NCBI GenBank assembly: GCA_000165345.1 | Contig: CM000429.1 | Location: forward strand, 480,001 to 544,000 | Direction: 5' to 3' | Length of the DNA stretch: 64,000 nucleotides | Shown: one piece after another, positions 9,591 through 20,381 of the stretch | Position numbering within the stretch: position 1 is the first letter of the stretch | How the letters are laid out: every line of letters begins with the position of its first letter | Made by a program: the position numbers and the translations under genes | The notes under the pieces: generated by a model | What the model was told of the DNA's origin: nothing | Database searches by the model: none | Seen by the model: the letters and a program-made list of their open reading frames with translations, nothing else

Positions 9591-11660
9591 TTATTTTAAT
9601 TTTAGTTTATCCCCATCGTCGAGCATTTCCACAAAATTTGCGGTTTCAATGAAAGGCCTTTTTGTAATCCCTACGTTGGTTACAGAACATCCATGAGCGA
9701 ATGTGTGGCTTGTCTCGAACTCTATCTTTGATGGATTCGTAATATCGCTAATTGTCAATATCAAGTTGTATCGACTAATATTTAGTCTAACTTGCAATAC
9801 CATATTAGTTTTAAGAATTATTTGGTCTTTTTTCCCATTTTCATAGTTTATTCTAGATCTTAGATTATACACGTCATTAGTCTGAAAAGCACTACCAAAA
9901 CATCTTTCCATAAAATCATAGTAAAAAATTTTTGGTACTTGTGATGTATTTTTCGCTTCAGATGACCCCCTACAGCATACTCCTATCCTTATTCTACCCA
10001 TGTATGTCTTGCATACCTGCACCTGCCAAATCATGTCTGATACAAGTCTGTAATCGCCAATCGTCCATGCCCACTTGTATTTACCCGATACTGATGTCCT
10101 TCTTGCGAGTGAGATAGGATAAAGACCTAAATGTGTATTTGTTGTAAACTCGTTATTTTCCTTCCAAGGCACCAAACGCCCACTACCCTCATTTCCCAAC
10201 AACTTATTAAGTGCTGCGTCTAATAATAGTGAATCTAGCTCTTTTGTTCGGATTTTAAGCAAATCATGAGGTGCCATTTGTTCAAATCTAATGTTTTTTA
10301 AAAATTCTAGAGAGTTTTTTCTTTTATTTGAAAGTAAGCCCATGCTGCTTTCTCTCTGGACTAAGTATAACTTTAATGCCAAGAATATATCAATCTCTCC
10401 CATAATGATCCTTTCACTCTTCAACACTTTCAACAATACGTCAGGGCCAAGTGCTAAATGAGGTCCTTTAAAAAGAGCTTGTGCGCAATCTGCTAACAGA
10501 TAAACTGTTAGCTCTATCAATCCCTCCATTTCCAATGATTCTGCAACTGAAGACATCTGAACGATTATATCAATATTCAATGGAGAATTTAACATTTGAA
10601 ACAATTCTTCCTCTAGCAATTGCACTTTAAACCTTCTTGCTTCATGTAATACTGTTAGAATTAAATATGGATTTGCTCCTCGCAAAGAAGTAGTATGGCC
10701 ATAAATAAATAATAATAACATTCTGACTGCTTCAGGGTAAATCGCCTTTATTTTATATTCCGGTCTAAGTAAGCTGGCCTTAATTTTATCTAATTTATTC
10801 TGCAAATTTTGATCATCGTAATTTAAATTAAATTGCTCATTAATTTCCTGTCTGGATTCCATTATTTGATTAATCTCATCGCGCATTATCGGCGATGCCA
10901 AACTTAATAAATTACTATGCACTGGTATTCTTAAAGAGGATACTGGTGGCAATATTCTCGAATCCAATTCATCTAAAGATACTAATTTTGACCCGTTATT
11001 AATAAATTCATTTTGAGCCCTCTTAACTAAATCTCTAGTATTTAAACTCGGTAGTGAAATTAAATTATCATTACCTTTATTTTTCGATTTCGTGTACTCA
11101 CTGTCTACAAGCGAAGACGAAAATTGAATAGCCTTTATTTTTTTAATTTCCTCCATCTTCTTCATGTTCTTTTCAAATAACTCGGTTGCCTTATCATTAG
11201 GTATAAGTACAATATCAAGATCGCAAGTAGGCTCCTGAAGATAAATGTCTTTCGCCGGAATCCTTCCAATAGGGTCAATAGCTAAAGATTTGATCTGTAC
11301 TGAATCATCACTGTCATTCATATTCTTTTCTCCAACTGTATTATATAGTCTATTCAAAATAACCTCTTTTTCAATTGAAATAAGTTTTGGAATGATACTT
11401 TCAAGAGTTACATAATCTAAATCATCCACTTCTCTAACTAAAATACTTCCCTTATTATCGAAATATCCTTCATTAATCCATTTTATCATTGTGGAAGCCG
11501 AAAATGGTCCAATTAATTGATCTTTATCATCACGGAAATAATAACCCGATTCATTGGCCAGTTTCTTTGTCCTACCCCCATCCTTTCTCTCTAACCTTTT
11601 CTGAGAAGGTTTCATATTTGAGTTCTCCACTCTTTTAAATCCCTCAAGTTTGCCAACCAT
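9591..11660 (-). CDS. GYF-domain + BTB/BACK + PHR-like protein (paralog A)
   Basis: GYF consensus YYFRDDKDQLIGPFSASTMIKWINEGYF, a BTB-like block (LRIPVHSNLLSLASPIMR) and a C-terminal PHR-like beta region (KWAWTIGD..GVCC). The track's 'M' is a TTG, so the start was moved to the first ATG (MVGKLEG). Confidence 0.6.
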   Translation of the reverse strand: MVGKLEGFKRVENSNMKPSQKRLERKDGGRTKKLANESGYYFRDDKDQLIGPFSASTMIKWINEGYFDNKGSILVREVDDLDYVTLESIIPKLISIEKEVILNRLYNTVGEKNMNDSDDSVQIKSLAIDPIGRIPAKDIYLQEPTCDLDIVLIPNDKATELFEKNMKKMEEIKKIKAIQFSSSLVDSEYTKSKNKGNDNLISLPSLNTRDLVKRAQNEFINNGSKLVSLDELDSRILPPVSSLRIPVHSNLLSLASPIMRDEINQIMESRQEINEQFNLNYDDQNLQNKLDKIKASLLRPEYKIKAIYPEAVRMLLLFIYGHTTSLRGANPYLILTVLHEARRFKVQLLEEELFQMLNSPLNIDIIVQMSSVAESLEMEGLIELTVYLLADCAQALFKGPHLALGPDVLLKVLKSERIIMGEIDIFLALKLYLVQRESSMGLLSNKRKNSLEFLKNIRFEQMAPHDLLKIRTKELDSLLLDAALNKLLGNEGSGRLVPWKENNEFTTNTHLGLYPISLARRTSVSGKYKWAWTIGDYRLVSDMIWQVQVCKTYMGRIRIGVCCRGSSEAKNTSQVPKIFYYDFMERCFGSAFQTNDVYNLRSRINYENGKKDQIILKTNMVLQVRLNISRYNLILTISDITNPSKIEFETSHTFAHGCSVTNVGITKRPFIETANFVEMLDDGDKLKLK

Positions 11661-11735
11661 TATCAATATTTAAATTTTAACAAACCCTTAATATAAAAAG
11701 ATAACCACACATGCCGCCTATTCTGTTTTGACAAT

Positions 11736-13985
11736 TTATTTAGATCTATTGGTTTTTTGCTGCCTTGTTATAGTTAAAAACGATGGTATACCAAGCGAAT
11801 CTCCTGGATCCAGCATCTCAATAAATATTTTCGTTTCTATATAAGGTTTTTTACTAACTTCAAGTCTTTCCACAAGAAACCCGTGATCATAATAATTTTC
11901 GATGTAAGTTCCGCAATCAATACTTTCGATCCTTAATAAAACGGAATAATCATGAATTGAAACTACTAAATGGTACATTTGACCTTTTTCTATGCGGCTT
12001 TCAAATGCCATAGTTTGTTTATATAAATCTTGAACATTATCTTCACTAGTAGAACTTCGAAGCTTTGTGCCCGGCATCTCATTAATTTTGGAATCTTTAT
12101 TAGTTTTCCATATCGAGTTACCAAACCTGAAGTTGTTAACTTTAATATTCTCTCTTTTAATAACTGATGATCTAATCCTTGAAGTACATTGAAAAATATT
12201 ACTACCCAAAAATGCGGAAACAAACTCTTTTTCCGAAAAATCATAATAAAAAACCTTCGACATTCGAATATTTTGAGTTTCTGTTATCACAGGTTTACCT
12301 GTACAACAAACCCCAAGTCTAAGTTTTCCTCTGAAAGACTTTAATACCTTAAATGCAAATGTCATTTCGCTAATCAATCTCGAGTCTCCTGTCGTCCATG
12401 CCCATCTTGATTGGAATAATCCATTGCTATTTAGATTTAGCTTTCCAGATCTAACCAGCCCCACAGGATACTCACCGTCTCTATAAATTACATTATACTC
12501 TGAATTTGGTAGCCATGGTTTAAGTCTGCCTTCTTCTTCACAATTCGTCAACTTCTTTAATGCTGCATCCAAAATTAAACTATCAAGTTTTTTTACGCGT
12601 ATTGACTTTAATTCTTCTGCTGACATTTGATCATATCTGACAAATTTATATATTGCAATCTCTTTTTTATAATCACTTTGTTCAAAAGATTCTGTCCATA
12701 CTCCGACTTCAATTTCTTTTTGTTGTATAAAATGCTGTGTTGCATAAAACACTTGTATTTCGTCCATCATCACATAGTTATTTTTAATTAATTTTACATA
12801 AGCATCAACACTTAGTGCTAAATATGGTCCTTGAAGTATATAACTTGCACAACTTGCAATCATTGTTATAATTTCATCTACCAATTTTGGGAATTTTAAA
12901 ATTGCTGCTGCCGCTGCGATTTCAATCAAGTCAACAATATCTAGCTTAGTAGAAAATAAATGTATTAATAACTCATCTTCTAGTTTCTTGAACATAAAAC
13001 GCCTAGACTCTTTCCACATAGATACTAACAACAATTTATTCATTGATAGAACTTCGGATGTATGGCCATACATATAACGTATTATTGCTTGAAAGGCAAT
13101 TGGACAGTCAGATTCAATTGTAAGAACTGGATTAATCAAGCTTTGCTCTCTTTCTTCAATTGTGCATTGACCTGCTGCAACCCTTTCTCTAAGTCTGAAA
13201 TGTTCTTCGAATAGTGTTTTCATACTATTTTTAAGTAAAGGTGACGAGGTTGCCAATACACTGCTATGCACATTAATTTTTAATATGGGTGCAAAAGCAA
13301 ATGAATCATTATTTTTAAATTCTTCATTTCCAAAGAATTGTTCGGCATAATTTTCAAAATATGGAGCTGAAAGGTTATATTTTTCATCTTTAAATTCCAA
13401 TGGATTCCCCATAATTTTTGTATTAATTGCATTGACTTGATCTACGAAAATCGCTGTAATATTTGACCTTGTTGTATGCATTTGCGCTTGAATATCCGTA
13501 GCTTTTAATGATGGTTTAACTATTAATATTAAATCCTTATGTTGGTCATCATTCTCCTCTAATAATTTAATTTGGTCATCAATTAACGTTATTTCTTTAA
13601 CTTCAATAGGCTCCGCTTGTTTTTTTTTAATACTTGATGTTTTATTTGGGCATATTTTCCTTGAAAAGTTCATTTCAGCCTCATTTAGTAGTTCTGGAAG
13701 TATTTGTTCAAGGGAAACTCTTTCTGCAGGGCTACTTGTCAAATTTCGAAACAATAGGTCACCTTTACCATCAAAAAATCCATTCCTAATCCAAGTCAAT
13801 ATTTCGTTCGAACCAAATGGGCCTTGTTCGACACCCATTTCATCAACAAAACAATATTGACTGTTATTAGCTATATGCCCTATTTCCTTTTTATTTCTGC
13901 TTTTATTAAATAATGTCATTAAGAAGTCTTCATAAAAGGGTTTAATGAGATTTAATATTTCATGCAAATATTCGTGCATGCGCAT
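11736..13985 (-). CDS. GYF-domain + BTB/BACK + PHR-like protein (paralog B, tandem duplicate of the upstream gene)
   Basis: Same architecture as paralog A, with a GYF motif (YCFVDEMGVEQGPFGSNEILTWIRNGFF). It aligns with A along its length, e.g. RWAWTTGD vs KWAWTIGD and LGVCCTG vs IGVCCRG. True ATG start. Confidence 0.6.
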   Translation of the reverse strand: MRMHEYLHEILNLIKPFYEDFLMTLFNKSRNKKEIGHIANNSQYCFVDEMGVEQGPFGSNEILTWIRNGFFDGKGDLLFRNLTSSPAERVSLEQILPELLNEAEMNFSRKICPNKTSSIKKKQAEPIEVKEITLIDDQIKLLEENDDQHKDLILIVKPSLKATDIQAQMHTTRSNITAIFVDQVNAINTKIMGNPLEFKDEKYNLSAPYFENYAEQFFGNEEFKNNDSFAFAPILKINVHSSVLATSSPLLKNSMKTLFEEHFRLRERVAAGQCTIEEREQSLINPVLTIESDCPIAFQAIIRYMYGHTSEVLSMNKLLLVSMWKESRRFMFKKLEDELLIHLFSTKLDIVDLIEIAAAAAILKFPKLVDEIITMIASCASYILQGPYLALSVDAYVKLIKNNYVMMDEIQVFYATQHFIQQKEIEVGVWTESFEQSDYKKEIAIYKFVRYDQMSAEELKSIRVKKLDSLILDAALKKLTNCEEEGRLKPWLPNSEYNVIYRDGEYPVGLVRSGKLNLNSNGLFQSRWAWTTGDSRLISEMTFAFKVLKSFRGKLRLGVCCTGKPVITETQNIRMSKVFYYDFSEKEFVSAFLGSNIFQCTSRIRSSVIKRENIKVNNFRFGNSIWKTNKDSKINEMPGTKLRSSTSEDNVQDLYKQTMAFESRIEKGQMYHLVVSIHDYSVLLRIESIDCGTYIENYYDHGFLVERLEVSKKPYIETKIFIEMLDPGDSLGIPSFLTITRQQKTNRSK

Positions 13986-14064
13986 GCCAATATATTAAGA
14001 TAATCATGAGGAAAAAAAAAACAAAAAGTAAATAAAGGATCAGATTTAATAAATAATATTTATA

Positions 14065-15222
14065 TCACTCAAACCTTTTCTTTTTTCTAGAATCAGTATG
14101 ATTTGACCTTTCCTCTTTTTTGCATAGTCTGCAAGTGCATGTAAAATGATAATTCTGGATAAGGCTTGTTCGTTCAGCCAATGGAAGAGTGTTATCAACA
14201 TATGAAATAGTTAGTTCCTCCCCCTTCATAATATCTCTATTTGTTGTAACATATATTGTGCTGTCATCTATAGTATATACATGGCAATTCGGGTCACAAC
14301 TATGGTTGAAACATGATTGTATTACGCATATACACGCACCTTTAATAATTCCAATTGTAGGTTCATTATCAGATATGTTTCTATTATCTAACTTACCTGA
14401 AAGATGAAGACCCCAAATATTTAATCCTTGTGAATTAAGGGTTAATTGACCAACTATTTGTTCAATTGTCTCCCTACTAAGTAGTGAATCAATGATAAAA
14501 CTATCAGAGAAAGAATCATTTATTTGATCGGAAAGTACGCTATGAATGCAATTTATAAGAGAATTGAAGTTAATTTCAGGGAACAATGCTGTAGTTGGGG
14601 CTACAAAGTTTTCCATTGATTTAGTTCCTAATTTATATGCATGATACAAATTTTCGTCTTTCATACCCAGTTCTTGCCAATAAAAATAAATATCTGCAGC
14701 CATTTGGGCAATGCAACGGGATACTGCTTCAGCTGTTATTGGAATATCCCCTAATTTATCTACGGATCTTTGGTAATTTCTTAAATTCAAAATACCCTTT
14801 GTACCATTGATATAATAGCCCCATCCACTCCTTAATGAAGAGGAATTTGGATCATAATCTTCAAAGTTAACTCCTGATATTTTTTTAAAACAAGATCTAC
14901 TGCAGATCTTTTTTTCTAATCCGAGCGTACTTAACGATAAAAAACCACTATTTTCAGGGTAATTAATCTTTAGGCAATTTTCGCAAAAAATCAGATTTTC
15001 TAGTTTAGCAAATGAAGTTTTAATTGGCCATGAAATGTAGGGTACTTCTTGGAAAAAATTTGTACCATCTGGAATCTCCTTGCTAGAGTGAATATGTTTT
15101 CCTTTATTTTCTGAATAGAAAATATCAAAATAATTCTCATTCCCTGTCAAGGAATTTATTTCATCCAATAAAATGTGGTAATTATTTTCGATTTCGCACT
15201 TTCCCTCAATACAGCTATCCAT
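14065..15222 (-). CDS. SET-domain protein lysine methyltransferase
   Basis: SET C-terminal signature (NHSCDPNC.., ELTISY) followed by a Cys-rich post-SET (FTCTCRLCKKEE). True ATG start. Confidence 0.65.
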   Translation of the reverse strand: MDSCIEGKCEIENNYHILLDEINSLTGNENYFDIFYSENKGKHIHSSKEIPDGTNFFQEVPYISWPIKTSFAKLENLIFCENCLKINYPENSGFLSLSTLGLEKKICSRSCFKKISGVNFEDYDPNSSSLRSGWGYYINGTKGILNLRNYQRSVDKLGDIPITAEAVSRCIAQMAADIYFYWQELGMKDENLYHAYKLGTKSMENFVAPTTALFPEINFNSLINCIHSVLSDQINDSFSDSFIIDSLLSRETIEQIVGQLTLNSQGLNIWGLHLSGKLDNRNISDNEPTIGIIKGACICVIQSCFNHSCDPNCHVYTIDDSTIYVTTNRDIMKGEELTISYVDNTLPLAERTSLIQNYHFTCTCRLCKKEERSNHTDSRKKKRFE

Positions 15223-15336
15223 TATACTGAAATATAATTTTGATATAATGGACTAGTTATCAATTTTTTTTAGGATGTTACTGTTGACGAATAATTGGCG
15301 GTTTCTACAAATATTAAAAATACAATCACAGAAATA

Positions 15337-17118
15337 ATGAGTTTACAGAATTTTCCAATAATCCCCATCATTTTGCCTAAGATTGATGCTATATATAAGT
15401 TTAATAAAGTCTCTCCCTTTAATAAAAAACAGTTCAATGCCAGCCATTACAATAAACCATTTGAAAATGAGAGCAATAATAAAGGCATAATTAACAAACT
15501 AATCTATATAGAGAAACAACTTCCATATATTTTATTGGCCAGCTGCAAAGCTTCAGCCATACCTGTCAAAGACTTTAAGGAATCAATTGAGCGTTTTTTA
15601 ACGATTTCAAAAGATAGTGTTCAGTACTACCCAGTTATCAACGAAACAGATGATTATGTAAGGGTTAATATCAAACTTCAAAGCCATAATCTTGCAAAAA
15701 AAATCGGTCATTTCTTAGATATCATTAATCAAAGCTATTCTAATCTTCAGAGTTCAACGATTATTAACAATTGGGAGATTTATGATGGCAATAATGGGAA
15801 AAAAATTACTATTGAAATAAACTCCTTAGACAATAGAGGAACAATTTATATTCAAATTCCTGCAGATAAAAGCTCGCCTGCAAATTTAGAATATGTTAAA
15901 TCAAAAAATTCCTTATCCAAGAATGATTTGGAAGCTATCCACTTCCTTATGAAACCTGTAATCGGCAATGGTCATTTAGAAGAAACAAATTTAGAAAAGA
16001 ATTTATTAAATAAACGTTTATTTTTGGATAAAATCAAATCATTTGGTAATAAACAGACAGAAAAAGAAATAATCGATAACTTAGACCGATTATTTGACAG
16101 TTTCAGCAAGGACCTTTTTACCGATACTTTAATTGATTTAAATACTGTTTTGAGTTCTGCGGAAAATAAAGCAAAAAAATTTGATCAACATTCTAGGGAA
16201 TCAGATTTTTTAAATACAGATAGCAGCTCAAATATTTATCACGATGATAGTGTCATACCTTTATTGGAAAATTTGGGTGTGCAAGTGTTTTTAAATCGAG
16301 ATAATTGCGATTCACATAGAAATTTATGGGACTCTTTGGGAGGATATCAAGATGTTAAACGCCAAATCGAGGAACACATACTATTAAGTTTCAAATATCC
16401 AGATGTTCTTGATAAGATTGTTAATGGAACAAGGGCGCAAAGTAATTCAAACAACAGGCCTAAATTAATCTTATTTGAAGGTCCGCCAGGAACTGGTAAG
16501 ACAACTTCTGCTAAAATAATTGGTAATTCAATTCAAGTGCCTCTAATATATGTTTCGCTCGAAAATATTGTCTCAAAATGGTATGGGGAAAGTGAAACCA
16601 AGCTAGCTCAGATCTTCGATATTGCAAAAAAATTTAATGAAGGGTGTATAATATTTATTGATGAAATTGACACTTTGGCATCTTCAAGAGATAAAACGTT
16701 TAGTATGCATGAAGGTTCAAAAAAAATACTCTCTGTGTTATTGAGAAAGTTGGATGGTTTTGATACATTAAATTCAAAGACTCTCTTGATTTGCGCAACA
16801 AATCGTAGAAGAGATATTGATGAAGCGTTTCTAAATAGAGTTGATACAACTGTACTATTTAATCTACCGAATGAAAATGAAAGGGAACTGATTTTCAAAC
16901 AGTATGCAAAACATTTAACATTTGAAGAACGAATGGTGCTTGCGAAAATGTCAAAAAAGTTATCTGGAAGGTCAATTCGTCACGTTTGCCTAGAAGCAGA
17001 AAGGGAGTGGGCTTCCATGATTTTGAAAAAGAAAGAAAAAGGCGAATACCAACGGGATGAAATTGAGCTACCTACAATTGAGATCTATAAAGAAGCATTA
17101 AAAAAAAGGGTTAGCTAG
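15337..17118 (+). CDS. AAA+ ATPase (Msp1/ATAD1/katanin-like clade) with a ~330-aa N-terminal extension
   Basis: Walker A GPPGTGKT, Walker B IIFIDEID and second region of homology present. The SKWYGESE motif is typical of the meiotic-clade AAA. The track start at 15295 is a TTG, so I used the first ATG at 15337. Confidence 0.7.
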   Translation: MSLQNFPIIPIILPKIDAIYKFNKVSPFNKKQFNASHYNKPFENESNNKGIINKLIYIEKQLPYILLASCKASAIPVKDFKESIERFLTISKDSVQYYPVINETDDYVRVNIKLQSHNLAKKIGHFLDIINQSYSNLQSSTIINNWEIYDGNNGKKITIEINSLDNRGTIYIQIPADKSSPANLEYVKSKNSLSKNDLEAIHFLMKPVIGNGHLEETNLEKNLLNKRLFLDKIKSFGNKQTEKEIIDNLDRLFDSFSKDLFTDTLIDLNTVLSSAENKAKKFDQHSRESDFLNTDSSSNIYHDDSVIPLLENLGVQVFLNRDNCDSHRNLWDSLGGYQDVKRQIEEHILLSFKYPDVLDKIVNGTRAQSNSNNRPKLILFEGPPGTGKTTSAKIIGNSIQVPLIYVSLENIVSKWYGESETKLAQIFDIAKKFNEGCIIFIDEIDTLASSRDKTFSMHEGSKKILSVLLRKLDGFDTLNSKTLLICATNRRRDIDEAFLNRVDTTVLFNLPNENERELIFKQYAKHLTFEERMVLAKMSKKLSGRSIRHVCLEAEREWASMILKKKEKGEYQRDEIELPTIEIYKEALKKRVS

Positions 17119-17256
17119 GCTTTTCATATTTTGCAACCAAAATTAGTTTATATATTTCACTTATCTCGACCATCTTTTTGTTTTTTCCCTCTTTGCGCCA
17201 AAGTTATGTAAATAGGAAAATTATTATTTTAATAATTAATATGAAATTTAACTCCT

Positions 17257-20190
17257 ATGAATTTCAAGACAGCCTTATCTAGCTTTCCAACACTAATTGT
17301 TCTTCTGGTAATAAGTTGCTTCACTCTATTCACGTTTGCAAAATCTCATAGAATTAAAACATCTAACTCGATTAATTATAATTCAGAATTTCATTCAAAA
17401 GGGGGATCTACCGACCAAAATGTTATTTCTAAAATACCTAATCTTCGCCCATCGTCTGTAATTCAGGCAACAAATTTAAACCCCACTAATGGGCCTATTA
17501 ACTCAATAGTAAGGATATCTATACATGGAATAGGTTTTTCATTGTTTCCAAAATTATTTGTACATTTTGATGTAACTGAAGGCCCTTATGAAGTGGTGCC
17601 AGTTACTACAATTTCAGACACGTTGTTGGAGGTTGATACACCATCCAGTTTATCTTATGGTGAATCAGGTAAATCAGTTCTGGTTAGTGTATTTTCTCAT
17701 CCGGATATAATGCTTCAAAGTTCCAATGCATTAATATTCCGCTTTTATGAGGTACCAGTGATTACACTAATTTCTCCTAGCCATGCAGGAATGTCTGGAG
17801 GATCAGAAATAAAAATCTTTGGAACTGGTTTATTTGCATCTGATGATTTGAAGTGTCTCTTTCAAAGCAAAGAAAGATCTAAAATCGTAGATGCAACCTA
17901 CTCAATGAGTAAATTTGATACTTTGACTATGAAAAATTTTCTTCATGAAAATCATAATAAAAATATTCTTGAAAATAATTTACTTACTCAGTTAAACAAA
18001 AATTTATCAGAAGTTGAAATTAAAACCATATTAGACAATATTCAAAATCATAGTCCAATGCAATCAATAATTTGCGAGTCACCATCATGGACTGTATCAG
18101 AAACAGCATCTCTCTCGATCTCATTTAATGGAGTTCAGTATCACATATGTACTGATAGATTTACTTTTGAGGAGGAATCTTCTCTTTTTGGAAATGTTGC
18201 TCATGTAGTTAAAGAACGAGATAATCCTTCTGAGATTGTTTCAGAAGATGAAATTGAATTGAAAAATTCACAACAAAAAACGAATAACAACAAGATTGTC
18301 TCTTCTGAGATCATCTTGAGAAATTTTAACTCAAAATCGAGTTCACACTACAATAATCATAACCATCATATAAACGATTTACACAAGCATATTGATAACT
18401 CAGGCAATACATATACATTAAGTAATTCTTCTAACGCTTCTTTGTTACACAGTGATTATGGGCTTTTCTTAGAGATTGTCATTTTATTTTACTCATCATT
18501 TATCTTCGGCACTATTTGCAAGTTTATTGGGCTGCCACTGTTACTGGGATACATTATTGGCGGATATGTAGTTGGACCTTCTGGATTTGGTTATATATCG
18601 CAGCCAATCCAAATTATATCAATTTCACAAATTGGTGTGTGTCTGATTCTATTCACATTAGGACTTGAATTTTCTCTTAAGAGAGTCCTTTCAATAGGTA
18701 AATCGGTCATTTACTGTGCAGTTTCTTCAATATTAGTTTTCGTTTGTTTATGCAGTGCATATTCTATTTGGATTGGAACCCCAATAAATGAAGGAATTTT
18801 TATAGGGTCATATATATCAATGAGTTCAACTGCAGTTGTAATTTGCGAGCTACAAATTGAATCAAACGAAAGTATGGTTACAATTGGAATTTTAATATTA
18901 CAAGACTTGCTATTAGGAATTGTGCTTGCACTAATTCCAGCTTTACAAACTAATTCTGTTGAAAGTGTGTCTTCAAAAACTTCAAATACAAATTCTTTCA
19001 CAAATGTTTTTAACCAGACAAAGGTTTATCAACTAATGGTTTTTGTAACTCATTTTTGTTTGTTTTTATGGAAGATCATTAAACCCTTTATAATACTTTC
19101 GATATTTATTTTGATATCATTTATCGTAAAAATAATAATTTTTCCAGTCATTCTTTTTGTTCTCACGAAAACCAAAAGTCGCGAAATTATCCTGATCGGA
19201 ATTGTAAGTATTGTGCTTTGTATTTCATCATTAACTGAATATCTGGGACTTTCTATGGAAATGGGCTCGTTTGTTGGAGGAGTAATTCTCTCAAGTCTTT
19301 TTGGTGAAGAGGATACATATAACTTTAAACACGACTTTATTCAATCTATAGAGTCATTAAAATGGGTTTTTTCGATGCTATTTTTTACGAGTATTGGACT
19401 GGTTATTGATGCAACTTTCATTTGGGACAATTATTGGACGATTGGATATGTTTGTTTATTCATATCAATAATTAAATTCTTCGTAAACTTTCTAATATTC
19501 TTTGCATTTGGGCACATGATTAAATTATCTGCTTTTACATCCTTCATGCTAGCAAATTTAGGTGAATTTGGATTTGTGTTAGCGTCAAAGGGAATATCAC
19601 TTGGAATAATATCCAGAAAAGTCTACCTTATTCTTGTAGCAACTACTGTAATTTCGCTTTTATCTACCCCAATTATTCTTAGGATATTCTCTATCATTCT
19701 GAAAAGAAGGAATTCAAATATTCCATCAAATGAAAATAACTATAAAAAATTTAATGTTAAAAATAATGAAATCACCTCAATTAAACAGAAGTTCAATTTT
19801 TCATTAGGTAGCTCGTTCTATAATGCAAATAAAAGAAGAGCACTTAATATAACAAACATTATAAAAAATTTGGGTATTTTTAGTGGAAATAGTCACAGCT
19901 TAGATTCTTCAACAAAAGATTATAAATTTGATATATATATTAGAAATAATTATTTGAATTCTCGTTTTCAAGAGGACAGAATTTCATATTCAAATGTCTT
20001 TGAAAATTCAAGAGCTAATCCAAACATTGACTTCTCATTAAATGAAAATGAATTGGAAGATCTAAGTCAAGATGTTGTTTCTAATGAATCAAAGTTTGGG
20101 TGTAAAACTTCAAGTATTAGTTTAGAGAAAATAGACGAATTTACACTTGCTCATGTCACTAATTTGGGCAACTCGTCCTCAAAAATGTAG
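17257..20190 (+). CDS. Secreted/membrane protein with N-terminal IPT/TIG-like domains fused to a CPA2 (KefB/KEA-type) cation:proton antiporter membrane domain
   Basis: N-terminal signal peptide. Two Ig-like TIG-type segments (NPTNGPINSIVRISIHGIGF.., PSHAGMSGGSEIKIFGTG). A 12-13-helix domain follows, carrying the KefB/KEA-type motif LLGYIIGGYVVGPSGFG. Confidence 0.6.
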   Translation: MNFKTALSSFPTLIVLLVISCFTLFTFAKSHRIKTSNSINYNSEFHSKGGSTDQNVISKIPNLRPSSVIQATNLNPTNGPINSIVRISIHGIGFSLFPKLFVHFDVTEGPYEVVPVTTISDTLLEVDTPSSLSYGESGKSVLVSVFSHPDIMLQSSNALIFRFYEVPVITLISPSHAGMSGGSEIKIFGTGLFASDDLKCLFQSKERSKIVDATYSMSKFDTLTMKNFLHENHNKNILENNLLTQLNKNLSEVEIKTILDNIQNHSPMQSIICESPSWTVSETASLSISFNGVQYHICTDRFTFEEESSLFGNVAHVVKERDNPSEIVSEDEIELKNSQQKTNNNKIVSSEIILRNFNSKSSSHYNNHNHHINDLHKHIDNSGNTYTLSNSSNASLLHSDYGLFLEIVILFYSSFIFGTICKFIGLPLLLGYIIGGYVVGPSGFGYISQPIQIISISQIGVCLILFTLGLEFSLKRVLSIGKSVIYCAVSSILVFVCLCSAYSIWIGTPINEGIFIGSYISMSSTAVVICELQIESNESMVTIGILILQDLLLGIVLALIPALQTNSVESVSSKTSNTNSFTNVFNQTKVYQLMVFVTHFCLFLWKIIKPFIILSIFILISFIVKIIIFPVILFVLTKTKSREIILIGIVSIVLCISSLTEYLGLSMEMGSFVGGVILSSLFGEEDTYNFKHDFIQSIESLKWVFSMLFFTSIGLVIDATFIWDNYWTIGYVCLFISIIKFFVNFLIFFAFGHMIKLSAFTSFMLANLGEFGFVLASKGISLGIISRKVYLILVATTVISLLSTPIILRIFSIILKRRNSNIPSNENNYKKFNVKNNEITSIKQKFNFSLGSSFYNANKRRALNITNIIKNLGIFSGNSHSLDSSTKDYKFDIYIRNNYLNSRFQEDRISYSNVFENSRANPNIDFSLNENELEDLSQDVVSNESKFGCKTSSISLEKIDEFTLAHVTNLGNSSSKM

Positions 20191-20381
20191 GTTTTTAAAT
20201 ATATAAATGTAGGATTAAATTCCGTGAATCACACTTAATCATATTGAATTTTATCTTAACTTTTATTTAAATTTCATTTACTCGAAGAATAATTAGAATA
20301 AAGCGCTGATAAAAATTGCAATTAATTAGATGAGTTTTTTTACACATTGAAACTGCACAAAAAAAAAGCAGCTCGCACAAA

